Positions 9,613 to 18,080 of a DNA stretch of 64,000 bases are shown piece after piece. The notes under the pieces are model-generated. The model was not told where the DNA came from. It was given only the letters and a program-made list of their open reading frames with translations, and ran no database searches. Position 1 is the first letter of the stretch; each line of letters begins with the position of its first letter. The position numbers were made by a program, and so were the translations under genes. The DNA comes from Acidobacteriota bacterium (GTDB lineage: Bacteria > Acidobacteriota > Polarisedimenticolia > Gp22-AA2). The stretch is from assembly GCA_046758905.1 (NCBI GenBank), contig JBHIBC010000002.1, forward strand, positions 16,648 to 80,647, in the 5' to 3' direction.

Positions 9613-9644
9613 CGGCCACGCGGGCTCCGCGGCTCGTTCCCGCA

Positions 9645-9935
9645 CTACTTGGAGGGCTGGTAGTAAGGGTTCGTGCCGCCGGCGTGATCGGTCTGATCGA
9701 CGACCCCGGAGATCTGGGGGATCTCCTCCTTGAGGGTCGCCTCGATCCCCTGTTTCAGGGTCACGTTCACCATCCCGCACCCCTGGCAGCCGCCGCCGAG
9801 CATCAGGTAGACCACGTTCTGCTTGACGTCCAAGACCTCGACGAAGCCGCCGTGGCCGGCGATCGCGGGGTTGATCATCTCGTCGATGATCTTCTGGACT
9901 TTCTCCTTGACGGCGCTGTCGTCCAGAGGCTCCAT
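9645..9935 (-). CDS. NifU-like (Nfu-type) Fe-S cluster scaffold domain protein
   Basis: 96 aa. GGCQGCGMVNVTLKQGIE is the CxxC Nfu C-terminal domain signature. The track's 556-aa ORF 9645..11315 is a composite. Confidence 0.85.
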   Translation of the reverse strand: MEPLDDSAVKEKVQKIIDEMINPAIAGHGGFVEVLDVKQNVVYLMLGGGCQGCGMVNVTLKQGIEATLKEEIPQISGVVDQTDHAGGTNPYYQPSK

Positions 9936-10093
9936 CTTCCCGGCTCCTTTGCGACCGAACAGAGCGAACACGCGCCCATTATACGCGTCGGGCGGGCGGT
10001 TGGTGGCCTCGATATGCGGGTTTTCTGGGGCGCGCCGCGCCGCGTCGTCCGCCTTCACCGCCACCGGGACGGCCCGTTCCGGGGAGGGCCCGC

Positions 10094-11095
10094 TCAGCCC
10101 CGGGGCCGGCGCGGCTCCCATGGGTACATCGCGGCGACCTGCTCGGCGTACCCGTTGAAGATGCGGGTCGGGAGGACCTCCCCGGTGTCGATCCGCCGCT
10201 CCGTTGCCTGCGACCAGCGCGGGTGCGGCACGTTGGGATTGACGTTCGCCCAGAAGTCGTACTCGTCCGAGGAGTCGCTCCAGAAGGTCGAGGGCCGACG
10301 GGCAACCAGCTCGATCCTGACGATCGACTTGATGCTCTTGAAGCCGTACTTCCAGGGGACGACGAGGCGGATCGGCGCGCCGTGCTGGGCCGGGAGGGCG
10401 TGGCCGTAGATGCCGGTGACCATGAAGGCCAGCTCGTTGCGCGCCTCCTCGAGGGTCAGCCCCTCGTAGTAGGGCCAGGGGTACCAGCTCATCCGCCTCT
10501 GGCCCGGCGCCTGCTCGGGCCTGAGGAAGGCGAGCATCCGCACATGCCTCGCCGCCGAGCGCGGCTCGACGCTGTCGATAAGGGCGCGGAGCGGGAAACC
10601 GGTCCAGGGAACGACCATCGACCAGGCCTCGACGCAGCGGAAGCGATAGACACGCTCCTCGAGGGGAAAGGACCGGACCAGATCGTCGATGTCGAAGGTC
10701 CGCGGTCGGTGGCACAGGCCGGCGACCTCGACCTCCCAGGGTCGCGTCTCGAAGCGCTCCACGTGCCGCCAGACGTCCTTCCGCTCGGTGAACTCGTAGA
10801 AATTGTTGTGCCGTGCCGCGACCATCTCGTCGGTCGGGGGCGCTGCGGCGACGTACTCCGGACGTCGCGGGGCGGGGTAGAGGCCGGGACCTCCGGGGGG
10901 CGGGTCGGGCGGAGCGTCCGACCCGGCGCCGGCCCCTCGCGAGGTGGGCGGGGAACAGCCGAGGAGCAACGCAGCGGCCCCGATCCCCAGTTGGCCCATG
11001 TCCCGCAGAAAGCGGCGGCGGTCCCGGCAGGCCGATTCGGGCGTCGAACACGACTGCGGGATCTCCCACGGGCGCGGCACCCTGATCAGGGGCAT
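10094..11095 (-). CDS. msrP: protein-methionine-sulfoxide reductase catalytic subunit MsrP (YedY-type molybdoenzyme), TAT signal with lipobox-like LLGC
   Basis: TAT motif RRRFLRDMG then AAALLLGC. NNFYEFT, RFRCVEAWSMVVPWTGFPL and PWKYGFKSIKSIVRIEL are typical of MsrP. ATG at 11095 verified. Confidence 0.85.
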   Translation of the reverse strand: MPLIRVPRPWEIPQSCSTPESACRDRRRFLRDMGQLGIGAAALLLGCSPPTSRGAGAGSDAPPDPPPGGPGLYPAPRRPEYVAAAPPTDEMVAARHNNFYEFTERKDVWRHVERFETRPWEVEVAGLCHRPRTFDIDDLVRSFPLEERVYRFRCVEAWSMVVPWTGFPLRALIDSVEPRSAARHVRMLAFLRPEQAPGQRRMSWYPWPYYEGLTLEEARNELAFMVTGIYGHALPAQHGAPIRLVVPWKYGFKSIKSIVRIELVARRPSTFWSDSSDEYDFWANVNPNVPHPRWSQATERRIDTGEVLPTRIFNGYAEQVAAMYPWEPRRPRG

Positions 11096-11276
11096 GGCTC
11101 GACTCCTCGAGAGGGGCGGGCGAGCGGCCCGCCGCCCCATGCGATAGAATACCGGCACCCGCGCTGCCGGGAACAGAGAATCCCGCGGCAGCGCCTCCGA
11201 CCGGGGCCCGGCGCGTCCGCCCCGGCGCCGGTGAGGTCGCGGCCCGGGAGCGCGACGGCCGCGCGGGCGCGCACGC

Positions 11277-11879
11277 GTGCCACGTCATCGAGAGGCCCGA
11301 GTGAGGTTCGTCCACGAGATCATCGCCCTGGCGATCCTGCTCCTCGGGGCTGGGGCGATCGCCGTCGTCCCGCGCGATCTTCCCTCCTCCGCGGCGGCCG
11401 ATCCGGCGGCGTCACCGCCCGCGCCGATCGGGCCCGGGGACCTCTCGGCGGGGGCCGTGCCCCCCGCCCCCCGGAGCCCGCAGCCGGCGGTCCACATCCT
11501 GGAGCAGGATTCCCCGGCCATCGGCTCGGACGACGTGCTATCTCAGGCCGTGGGCGTCGAGATGCCGCGCGGCGCCTTCCTGCCGGTCCTCGAGGCGGGA
11601 TCGGTCCAGCCGGCCACCGGGTGGAAGGCGTTCAGGACGGCCTCGCCGGGGCAGGAGGAGATCCGGCTGCACGTCCTGCGGGGACGCTCCGATCGGATCG
11701 AGGAGAATCACTCCCTCGGATGGGTCCGGATCGGCGACCTTGAGCCGGGGCCACGGGGGCTGGTCGGCGCGGTCGTCTCCCTGAGGATCGTCGACGGCAA
11801 CATAGTCATGGCGGCGGTGGACGCCTTCTCGAGGAGGCCCGCCACCGTCCGGCCCATCGCTCCGCCCGCGGGGCGCTGA
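11277..11879 (+). CDS. hypothetical membrane-anchored protein
   Basis: 200 aa. N-terminal TM (IIALAILLLGAGAIAVV), Pro/Ala-rich linker, then a conserved-looking C-terminal domain. 12 nt upstream of the exonuclease gene. Confidence 0.45.
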   Translation: MPRHREARVRFVHEIIALAILLLGAGAIAVVPRDLPSSAAADPAASPPAPIGPGDLSAGAVPPAPRSPQPAVHILEQDSPAIGSDDVLSQAVGVEMPRGAFLPVLEAGSVQPATGWKAFRTASPGQEEIRLHVLRGRSDRIEENHSLGWVRIGDLEPGPRGLVGAVVSLRIVDGNIVMAAVDAFSRRPATVRPIAPPAGR

Positions 11880-11890
11880 AGTCGGGAACG

Positions 11891-12469
11891 ATGCCCGGGA
11901 CGATCTACTTCAGCGTCGATGTCGAGGCGTCGGGCCCCGTCCCGGCGCTTTACAACCTCGTCTCGATCGGCGCCGTGCCGGTGGTGCGGCGGACCGAAGG
12001 GTGGCGGCCGGACGACGGCCGGTTCTACGTGGAGCTCCGGCCGATCGCGGCGGGCTTCGACCCGGAGGCGATGGCGGTGCACGGCATCCCCCGGGAGCGG
12101 CTGGAGAGGGAAGGCGTGCCGGCCGGCGAGGCGATGCTCCGGCTGACCCGCTTCGTCGAGGGGCTGTCGGGCGGCGCCCTGAGGCCGGTCTTCGTCGGAC
12201 ACAACGCGGTCTTCGACTGGGCTTTCATCAGCTACTACTACGAGGCGCACGGCCTGCCGAACCCTTTCGGGTACAAGGCGCTGGAGCTGAAGTCGTTCGC
12301 GATGGGGCGTCTCGGGATCGACTGGCTCGAGACCGGGAAGGAGACGCTGCAGCGCCTGCTCCCCTCGCTTCCGCCTGAAGATCCGTCGCTGGTCCATCGC
12401 GCCGACTACGACGCGCTCTACCAGGCCGAGATCCTCTGCGCGCTGCTCAACCTGCCGGATCGGACCTGA
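11891..12469 (+). CDS. DEDDh 3'-5' exonuclease (DnaQ/epsilon-like)
   Basis: Exo I (YFSVDVEASG), Exo II (VGHNAVFDWAF) and Exo III (YHRADYDALY) motifs of a DEDDh exonuclease. Confidence 0.8.
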   Translation: MPGTIYFSVDVEASGPVPALYNLVSIGAVPVVRRTEGWRPDDGRFYVELRPIAAGFDPEAMAVHGIPRERLEREGVPAGEAMLRLTRFVEGLSGGALRPVFVGHNAVFDWAFISYYYEAHGLPNPFGYKALELKSFAMGRLGIDWLETGKETLQRLLPSLPPEDPSLVHRADYDALYQAEILCALLNLPDRT

Positions 12470-12506
12470 CTCCGGGCGGCCGCCTGCGCGGATGTTAGGA
12501 TAGGTC

Positions 12507-13220
12507 ATGCCCGGGGCGGAGCAGGTCGCGGAATTCGCCATCTGGTACGTCGTCTTCATCCTCACGCTCACGCTGCACGAGGGAGCGCACGCCCTGGTCG
12601 CGAGGCTCGGAGGGGACGATACCGCCTACCGGGGCGGGCAGGTCTCGCTCAATCCCTGGCCGCACATCCGGCGGGAGCCGTTCGGCACGGTCCTCGTCCC
12701 GTCCCTGACCTTTTTCCTCTCGGGCTGGATGATGGGGTGGGCCTCCGCGCCGTACGATCCGGTCTGGGCCCGACGCTACCCGCGTCGACAGGCGGCGATG
12801 TCGGCGGCCGGACCGGCCGCCAACCTCGTGCTGGCGGCCGCGGCGTTCGCGGCGCTGCGCCTGCTGCTTGGGGCCGGAGTCTTCGTCCCGGCGGACGTGC
12901 TCCGGTTCGGGTCGGTGGTCCAGGCGGCGCCCGGGACCCCCCCCGAGTCGCTGGCGCACGCCCTCGCCTTCGGGCTGTCGGTGGGAATGAGCCTGAACAT
13001 CGTGTTGTTCTTGTTCAACCTGATACCGCTGCCGCCGCTCGACGGCAGCGGCGTCCTGCAGGGGCTGGCGCAGGGCCGGGTGAGCCGCTTTCTGGAGGGC
13101 GTGGCGGCCAGCCCGATGATGTCGCTGGTGGGCCTCGTCCTCGCGTGGCGGATGGCCGGCATCATCCTGCCGCCCGCCTTCGCCGTCGTGGTGACGCTGC
13201 TTTACAGGGGTCTGGTCTAG
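12507..13220 (+). CDS. site-2 protease family (peptidase M50) membrane metalloprotease
   Basis: HEGAH (HExxH) in the first TM helix, a polytopic membrane protein and the LNLIPLPPLDG motif. Confidence 0.85.
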   Translation: MPGAEQVAEFAIWYVVFILTLTLHEGAHALVARLGGDDTAYRGGQVSLNPWPHIRREPFGTVLVPSLTFFLSGWMMGWASAPYDPVWARRYPRRQAAMSAAGPAANLVLAAAAFAALRLLLGAGVFVPADVLRFGSVVQAAPGTPPESLAHALAFGLSVGMSLNIVLFLFNLIPLPPLDGSGVLQGLAQGRVSRFLEGVAASPMMSLVGLVLAWRMAGIILPPAFAVVVTLLYRGLV

Positions 13221-13231
13221 GGAGGTCCTCC

Positions 13232-14668
13232 ATGTCGCGATTCCGCCTGGCGGGGGCGCCGCTGCTCGGCGCGGCGCTGCTCGTCGCCCCGCCGGCTGCT
13301 CACGGCTCCCGAGGGACGCCGTTCGAGGTCGGCAAGCCGTTCCCCGGCCTGGTCCTGCCGTCGGCGGCGGACGGGCGGCCGATGTCGCTGGAGCAATTCC
13401 GCGGCCGCAAGGTGCTCCTGCACATCTTCGCCTCCTGGTGAGCGGGCTGCCGCGTGCACGTGCCCGGGTGGCACGAGGCCGTTCGGTCGCTGGGGATCGG
13501 CGATCGCCTCCAGATGGTGGGGATCCTGCAGGAGCAGCATCCCGATCGGGCGCGGCTGTTCATGCAGTGGAAACGGATGGACTGGCCGCTGCTGGTCGAT
13601 TCCTTGGGCCTGCTTGGGGTGCCGTACGTTCCGATCACGCTGGCGATCGACGAGGGCGGCATCGTGCGCCGGATCGACCCTCCCCTCGCCTCTCCGGACG
13701 AGCTGAAGTCGACCTTCGTGGAGCGGCGGTTTCCGGGCGGCGAGGAAGGGCCGTCGCGGCCGCCGTCCGCCCCCGACCTCGAGGAGCTGTGTGCGGCCGC
13801 CGCCGAAAGGGGCGCGGCGGGGTGGCGCGCTTGCGCGGACGCCCTGTTCCTGTGGGGCGGGCCGCGCCGGCTCGACGAGGCCATCAGCCTGTACCGGAAG
13901 GCGATCGGAGCGGAGCCCGAGGACGGCGCGACCCACTTCCGCCTCGGGGTGGCGTACCGGGCCCGGTACGATTCCGAGGGCCGGCGGCCGGGCGATTTCC
14001 GGAGGGCGGTCGAGGCCTGGGCGCGGGCGCTCCACATCGACCCGAACAACTACATCCGGCGGCGGCGGATCCAGCAATACGGTCCGCGGCTCGAGAAGCC
14101 GTACTCCTTCTACGACTGGGTCGCGCTCGCCAGGCGGGAGATCCGGGCGCGGGGCGAACAGCCCCTTCCTCTGATCGTCGAGCCGGGCGGCGCCGAGTTC
14201 GCCCGTCCGGCCGCGGCCTTCGCTCCGGCCGCCGCCGCGGCGGAACCCGACCCGGAGGGACGGATCGTCCGCGACACGAGGGGCTTCATCCGGGTCGAGA
14301 GCACCGTCGTCCCGCCGGCGATCGCACCGGGCACGGCCGCTCGGGTGCACGTCACGTTCACCCCGAACGCCGCCATCAAGGCGCACTGGAACAACGAGGT
14401 CTCCGACCTGCTGGTCTGGCTGAGCCCTCCGAACGGCTGGCAGGTCGAATCACGGCGCCACGCCTATCCCAACCCGCCGCAGCCCGTCAGCCGCGAAGTC
14501 CGCGAGGTGGAGTTCGAGGCCCGGGCCCCTGAAGGCGCCGTCGCGCGCCGGGCGACGATCTCCGGGTACGCCCTGTACTACGTCTGCGAGGACGTCAAGG
14601 GGACCTGCCTCTACCGCCGGCAGGACCTGGAGATCCCGGTGCGGGTCGGGGCAGCCGAGCGCAGATAG
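13232..14668 (+). CDS. secreted TlpA/ResA-like thioredoxin-fold selenoprotein (UxxC) fused to TPR repeats and a DsbD-alpha-like C-x6-C domain; in-frame UGA at 13439..13441
   Basis: RBS GGAGG then ATG 13232. Signal peptide MSRFRLAGAPLLGAALLVAPPAAHG. ...KVLLHIFASW-TGA-AGCRVHVPGW continues in frame (the track splits it into ORFs ending at 13441 and starting at 13454 in the same frame). Downstream thioredoxin-fold strand (VPITLAIDEGGIVRR), TPR-like helices (LGVAYRARYDSEGR...) and a C-terminal YYVCEDVKGTCLYRRQ pair. Confidence 0.7.
13457..13477 (+). other. candidate SECIS-like hairpin 16 nt downstream of the UGA (CACGUGCC-CGGGU-GGCACGAG)
   Basis: 6-bp perfect stem cgtgcc/ggcacg with a 5-nt GU-containing loop. 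Seen by eye only. Confidence 0.3.
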
Positions 14669-14731
14669 CCGGCTCCGGACCGTCCGCGCCGCCCGTCCCC
14701 AAGGGCCTTCTGGCACGGCCATTGCTTGAAG

Positions 14732-14743
14732 TGATCATGATCA
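14732..14743. promoter_or_regulatory. perfect 12-nt palindrome TGATCATGATCA (plus adjacent CAATTG) in the lower-GC intergenic region upstream of the cytochrome gene
   Basis: Self-complementary 12-mer in an otherwise GC-rich genome. It lies 64 nt after the selenoprotein stop and ~160 nt before the cytochrome start. Candidate dimeric-regulator operator or methylation-sensitive site. Confidence 0.3.
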
Positions 14744-14904
14744 ATTGAGACTGCCGCGGTTCCGCGGGCGGCGGCGGGAAAAAGCTTCGCCCGGGTCATC
14801 CAGCGCGCGACGCCGCCCGCGGAAATTTCGCGGGGATCCGGGAATCCCGGGCCCGAATGCGGCCGGGCAGATCTTCGAGGACGTTTCCGCAGGGAGAACG
14901 GCTC

Positions 14905-15906
14905 ATGATGCGCAACAGAGCGAGAAGGTGGAGGTTGCCGGCGGTCCTGATCGGCATACTCGGGTTCTCGGGGACGGGTCGCGAGGCTCTCGCCTACGAG
15001 TCCTATCACGACCCGCTGCAGAACGACAAGGGATACTGCTCCACCTGTCACCCCGGTTTCGCGGGCGGTCGGAGCGATGCGCTCCACGCCCTGCACACGG
15101 GCGGCTCCGACCCCGTCACCGGTGAATGCAGCTTGTGTCACACCGGCTCGGGCCGCGACAACCCGCTGACCATGTGGAGCATCGGCGATGGGAGCGGCAA
15201 CGGCCTCGGCTGCGCCGGCTGCCACGGCCGCATGTATGGGGAGGCGATCCGGGACAACTACCGCGGATTCCCCACCTTCGGCAGGAGCAAGTCCAGCGGC
15301 TACGGCCTGCGCCGGCACCACTTCAACAGCGGCGTGACCGTCTGCCTCGTCTGCCACGCGCCCGAGCCTCCCGGCGGAGCGATCCTGCCGGAGAGCGAGG
15401 GCCCGCCGTACTACGCCAGGAGCGACGTCAGCCTCGGCGGCCGGCCGGTGGACGCCTGCACCAACGAGGACACGGCCAACGACCAGGACGCTGCCGGCCT
15501 CGACAACGACGGCGACGGCCTGTACGAGCTGAACGACGCCGACTGCCTGGAGTGCACCCCGGGCGTCGTCGAGATGTTCGACGGCATCGACAACAACTGC
15601 AACGGCGAGACGGACGAGGTCGAGGGGCTCGGCTTCGGCGAACCCGGGAACCCCGCTCTCCTGAGCTGGAACGATCAGCCGCCGGAGGGGCAGCTGTACG
15701 ACGTCATGCGCAGCGACAGCCGGTTCTTCGCCCCCGACGCGCCGTTCTCCGCGTGCCTGGCGGTCGCCACCCCGACGCATTCCTTGGAGGACACGGAGCC
15801 GGTGCCGCCGGGCAGCGCTTTCTACTATCTGGTCCGCAACACGTTGATCTCCGACTACGGGAACTCGTCCGACGGGAGTCCGCGGCTGTTCACTGTCTGC
15901 CCGTGA
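14905..15906 (+). CDS. secreted tetrahaem c-type cytochrome with C-terminal MopE-like putative metal-binding motif
   Basis: RBS AGGGAG then ATG. Signal peptide. Four CxxCH motifs (CSTCH, CSLCH, CAGCH, CLVCH). C-terminal DNDGDG...DCLECTPGVVEMFDGIDNNCNGETDE resembles the MopE-type Cu/Ca-binding repeat. Confidence 0.8.
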   Translation: MMRNRARRWRLPAVLIGILGFSGTGREALAYESYHDPLQNDKGYCSTCHPGFAGGRSDALHALHTGGSDPVTGECSLCHTGSGRDNPLTMWSIGDGSGNGLGCAGCHGRMYGEAIRDNYRGFPTFGRSKSSGYGLRRHHFNSGVTVCLVCHAPEPPGGAILPESEGPPYYARSDVSLGGRPVDACTNEDTANDQDAAGLDNDGDGLYELNDADCLECTPGVVEMFDGIDNNCNGETDEVEGLGFGEPGNPALLSWNDQPPEGQLYDVMRSDSRFFAPDAPFSACLAVATPTHSLEDTEPVPPGSAFYYLVRNTLISDYGNSSDGSPRLFTVCP

Positions 15907-15993
15907 GGCGCACGAAGCCGGAAGGTCGAGGGGGAAGCGCTGAGGGCTCCGGGGAGCGCGGAGCGCCGGCGCCGGCGGCCACGGGGGCGCATC

Positions 15994-18006
15994 CTAGCCC
16001 GGATCGGGCTCCTCGCGCTCCAGATCGCCGGTCGCCTCCTCCCACTCGACGTACAGGTGGGCCAGCTCGACCTCGATCGACTTCTTCTCCGCGCCTAGCC
16101 GGCGCGCGACGCCGTCCTCCCTGTAAGTGGCGGGGTCGGAGAGCGCCGCGTCGATCTCCTTGAGGCGGCCCTCGTAAGGGAGGATCTCGGCCTCCAGCGC
16201 GGCCACCCGCTCACGGCGGGCGCGCAGGCGGCGGTTGCGACGGTTGCGCTGCTCCGCCGCCGCGCGGCGGCGGTCCCGGGCGGTCGCCCCGCCGGGGGAG
16301 GGGCGCCGGCGGGGCCGGTGGCTCGATTCCCCCCGAGCGACGTCGGACCCGGCCGCGGCGGGAGCGATCCCTCGCGCCCCGGCGCGGCCCCGGACGGCCG
16401 GGGACGGTGCGCGCCCGGAGGCGGCAAGGTAGTCGTCATATCCCCCGTCGTACGACTCCAGCCGGCCGTCGCGGAAGGCGGCGACCCGCGTGGCCACCCT
16501 GTTGATGAAGTAGCGATCGTGGGAGACGAACATCAGCGTCCCGCCGAATCCCGCCAGCGCGTCCTCGAGCGCCTCCCGGGTCGGCAGATCGAGGTGGTTG
16601 GTCGGCTCGTCGAGGAGGAGGAAGTTACCCGGGTCGAGCGTCAAGCGGGCGAGCGCCAGGCGGTTCTTCTCGCCGCCGCTGAGGACCTCCACCCTCTTGA
16701 ACACGTCGTCCCCGGAGAACTGGAAGATCCCGAGCAGGGTCCTCAGCCGGCCGACGGCTCTCCCGGGAGCCCAGGCTTGCATCTCATCCAGAACCGTGCG
16801 CCCGGGCGTCAAGGTCTCGAGGACGTGCTGGGCGAAGTAGTGCAGGATGACCTTCTCGCCGATCTCGATCGCCCCGCCGTCGGGCGCCTCGCGTCCGGAG
16901 ACGAGACGCAGCAGGGTGCTCTTGCCGCAGCCGTTCGGCCCGACCAGAGCCACCCGGTCGCCCCGCCAGATCTCGAGGTCGAGCCCTCGGAGGACCGCCC
17001 GGCCGCCGTAAGCCTTGTGCACCCCCGCAAGCCGAGCCACGCGATGCGATGAGCGCGGCACGCTCGGGAGGGAGAACCTCCAGGAGCGCTCCTCCGCCAT
17101 CAGCTCGGTGCGCTCCATCCGCTCCAGCATCTTGAGCCGGCTCTGGACCTGGCGGGCCTTGGTCGCCTTGTAACGAAAGCGTTCGATGAAGCGCTCGATC
17201 TCTGCGACTCGGTGCGCCTCCTGGGCCGCCCTTCGCGCGGAGCGCTCGCGCTCCCGCTCCTTGGCCTCGCGGTACCGGTCGTAGTCGCCGGGCCAGGCCC
17301 TGAGGCGCCCGCCGTCGATCTCGGCGATCGAGCCGACCAGCCGGTTCAGAAACGTCCGGTCGTGCGAGACCATGACCAGGGCCGAAGGGATATCGCGCAG
17401 GAACGACTCCAGCCAGGCCGTGGCCTCCAGATCGAGATGGTTGGTCGGCTCGTCGAGGAGCAGGTAGTCCGGCTGCCGCAGGAGCAGGGCGCCGAGCGCG
17501 GCGCGCATCCGGAAGCCGCCCGAGAACTCCCGCAGCGGCCGGGAATGGTCGGCGGCGACGAAGCCGAGGCCCCCCAGGATGGCCTTCGCCCGGGACTCGA
17601 GGTGGAACCCGCCGGCCGCCTCGAACCGGTGCTGCAGGTCTCCGGCGCGCCGGATGAGGCCGTCCAGGTTCTCGCCCCGCGCGGTCGCCATCTCGCCGTG
17701 CAGTCGGGCGAGCTCCTCCTCCATGCGGGCGATCTCGGCGAACGGGGCGAGGATGGTGTCGAGGACCGTTCCCGCCGCCAGCCGCGCCCCCTCCTGCGGC
17801 AGGTAACCGAGGCTGGCCCCCCGGGTGATGTCGAGGGCTCCTCCATCGATCTCCTCGAGTCCGGCGATGAGCCTGAGGAGGGTGGTCTTGCCCGCCCCGT
17901 TCGGCCCCACGAGGCCGACCCGCGAGCGGGGAGGGATCCCCCAGTCGATCCCCTTCAGGACCTCGTGCGCCCCGTAGGCGCGCCGCACGCCGCGCAGCCG
18001 GATCAT
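15994..18006 (-). CDS. ABC-F family ATPase (tandem ABC domains, no transmembrane domain; Uup/EttA-like)
   Basis: Two Walker A motifs (GPNGAGKTTLL, GPNGCGKSTLL), two LSGG signatures and a C-terminal Arg-rich coiled-coil tail. Confidence 0.9.
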   Translation of the reverse strand: MIRLRGVRRAYGAHEVLKGIDWGIPPRSRVGLVGPNGAGKTTLLRLIAGLEEIDGGALDITRGASLGYLPQEGARLAAGTVLDTILAPFAEIARMEEELARLHGEMATARGENLDGLIRRAGDLQHRFEAAGGFHLESRAKAILGGLGFVAADHSRPLREFSGGFRMRAALGALLLRQPDYLLLDEPTNHLDLEATAWLESFLRDIPSALVMVSHDRTFLNRLVGSIAEIDGGRLRAWPGDYDRYREAKERERERSARRAAQEAHRVAEIERFIERFRYKATKARQVQSRLKMLERMERTELMAEERSWRFSLPSVPRSSHRVARLAGVHKAYGGRAVLRGLDLEIWRGDRVALVGPNGCGKSTLLRLVSGREAPDGGAIEIGEKVILHYFAQHVLETLTPGRTVLDEMQAWAPGRAVGRLRTLLGIFQFSGDDVFKRVEVLSGGEKNRLALARLTLDPGNFLLLDEPTNHLDLPTREALEDALAGFGGTLMFVSHDRYFINRVATRVAAFRDGRLESYDGGYDDYLAASGRAPSPAVRGRAGARGIAPAAAGSDVARGESSHRPRRRPSPGGATARDRRRAAAEQRNRRNRRLRARRERVAALEAEILPYEGRLKEIDAALSDPATYREDGVARRLGAEKKSIEVELAHLYVEWEEATGDLEREEPDPG

Positions 18007-18080
18007 CGGCTGAAGTTTACACGCACGCCGCGCTCCGCCCCAGCGAGCGGGGGCCGGGCCCGCGGGCGGTGCGGCCGCGC

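Noticed and set aside
9645-11315. 556-aa minus-strand ORF spanning the NifU-like and MsrP regions
   Set aside because: Only the last 96 codons (Nfu domain) look protein-like. The upstream part is R/G/P-rich and overlaps MsrP, which is encoded in a different frame.
12737-13441. 234-aa ORF apparently overlapping the M50 protease gene
   Set aside because: Only its final 70 codons (from ATG 13232, after RBS GGAGG) are credible. They form the N-terminus of the TlpA-like selenoprotein, whose frame continues through the TGA.
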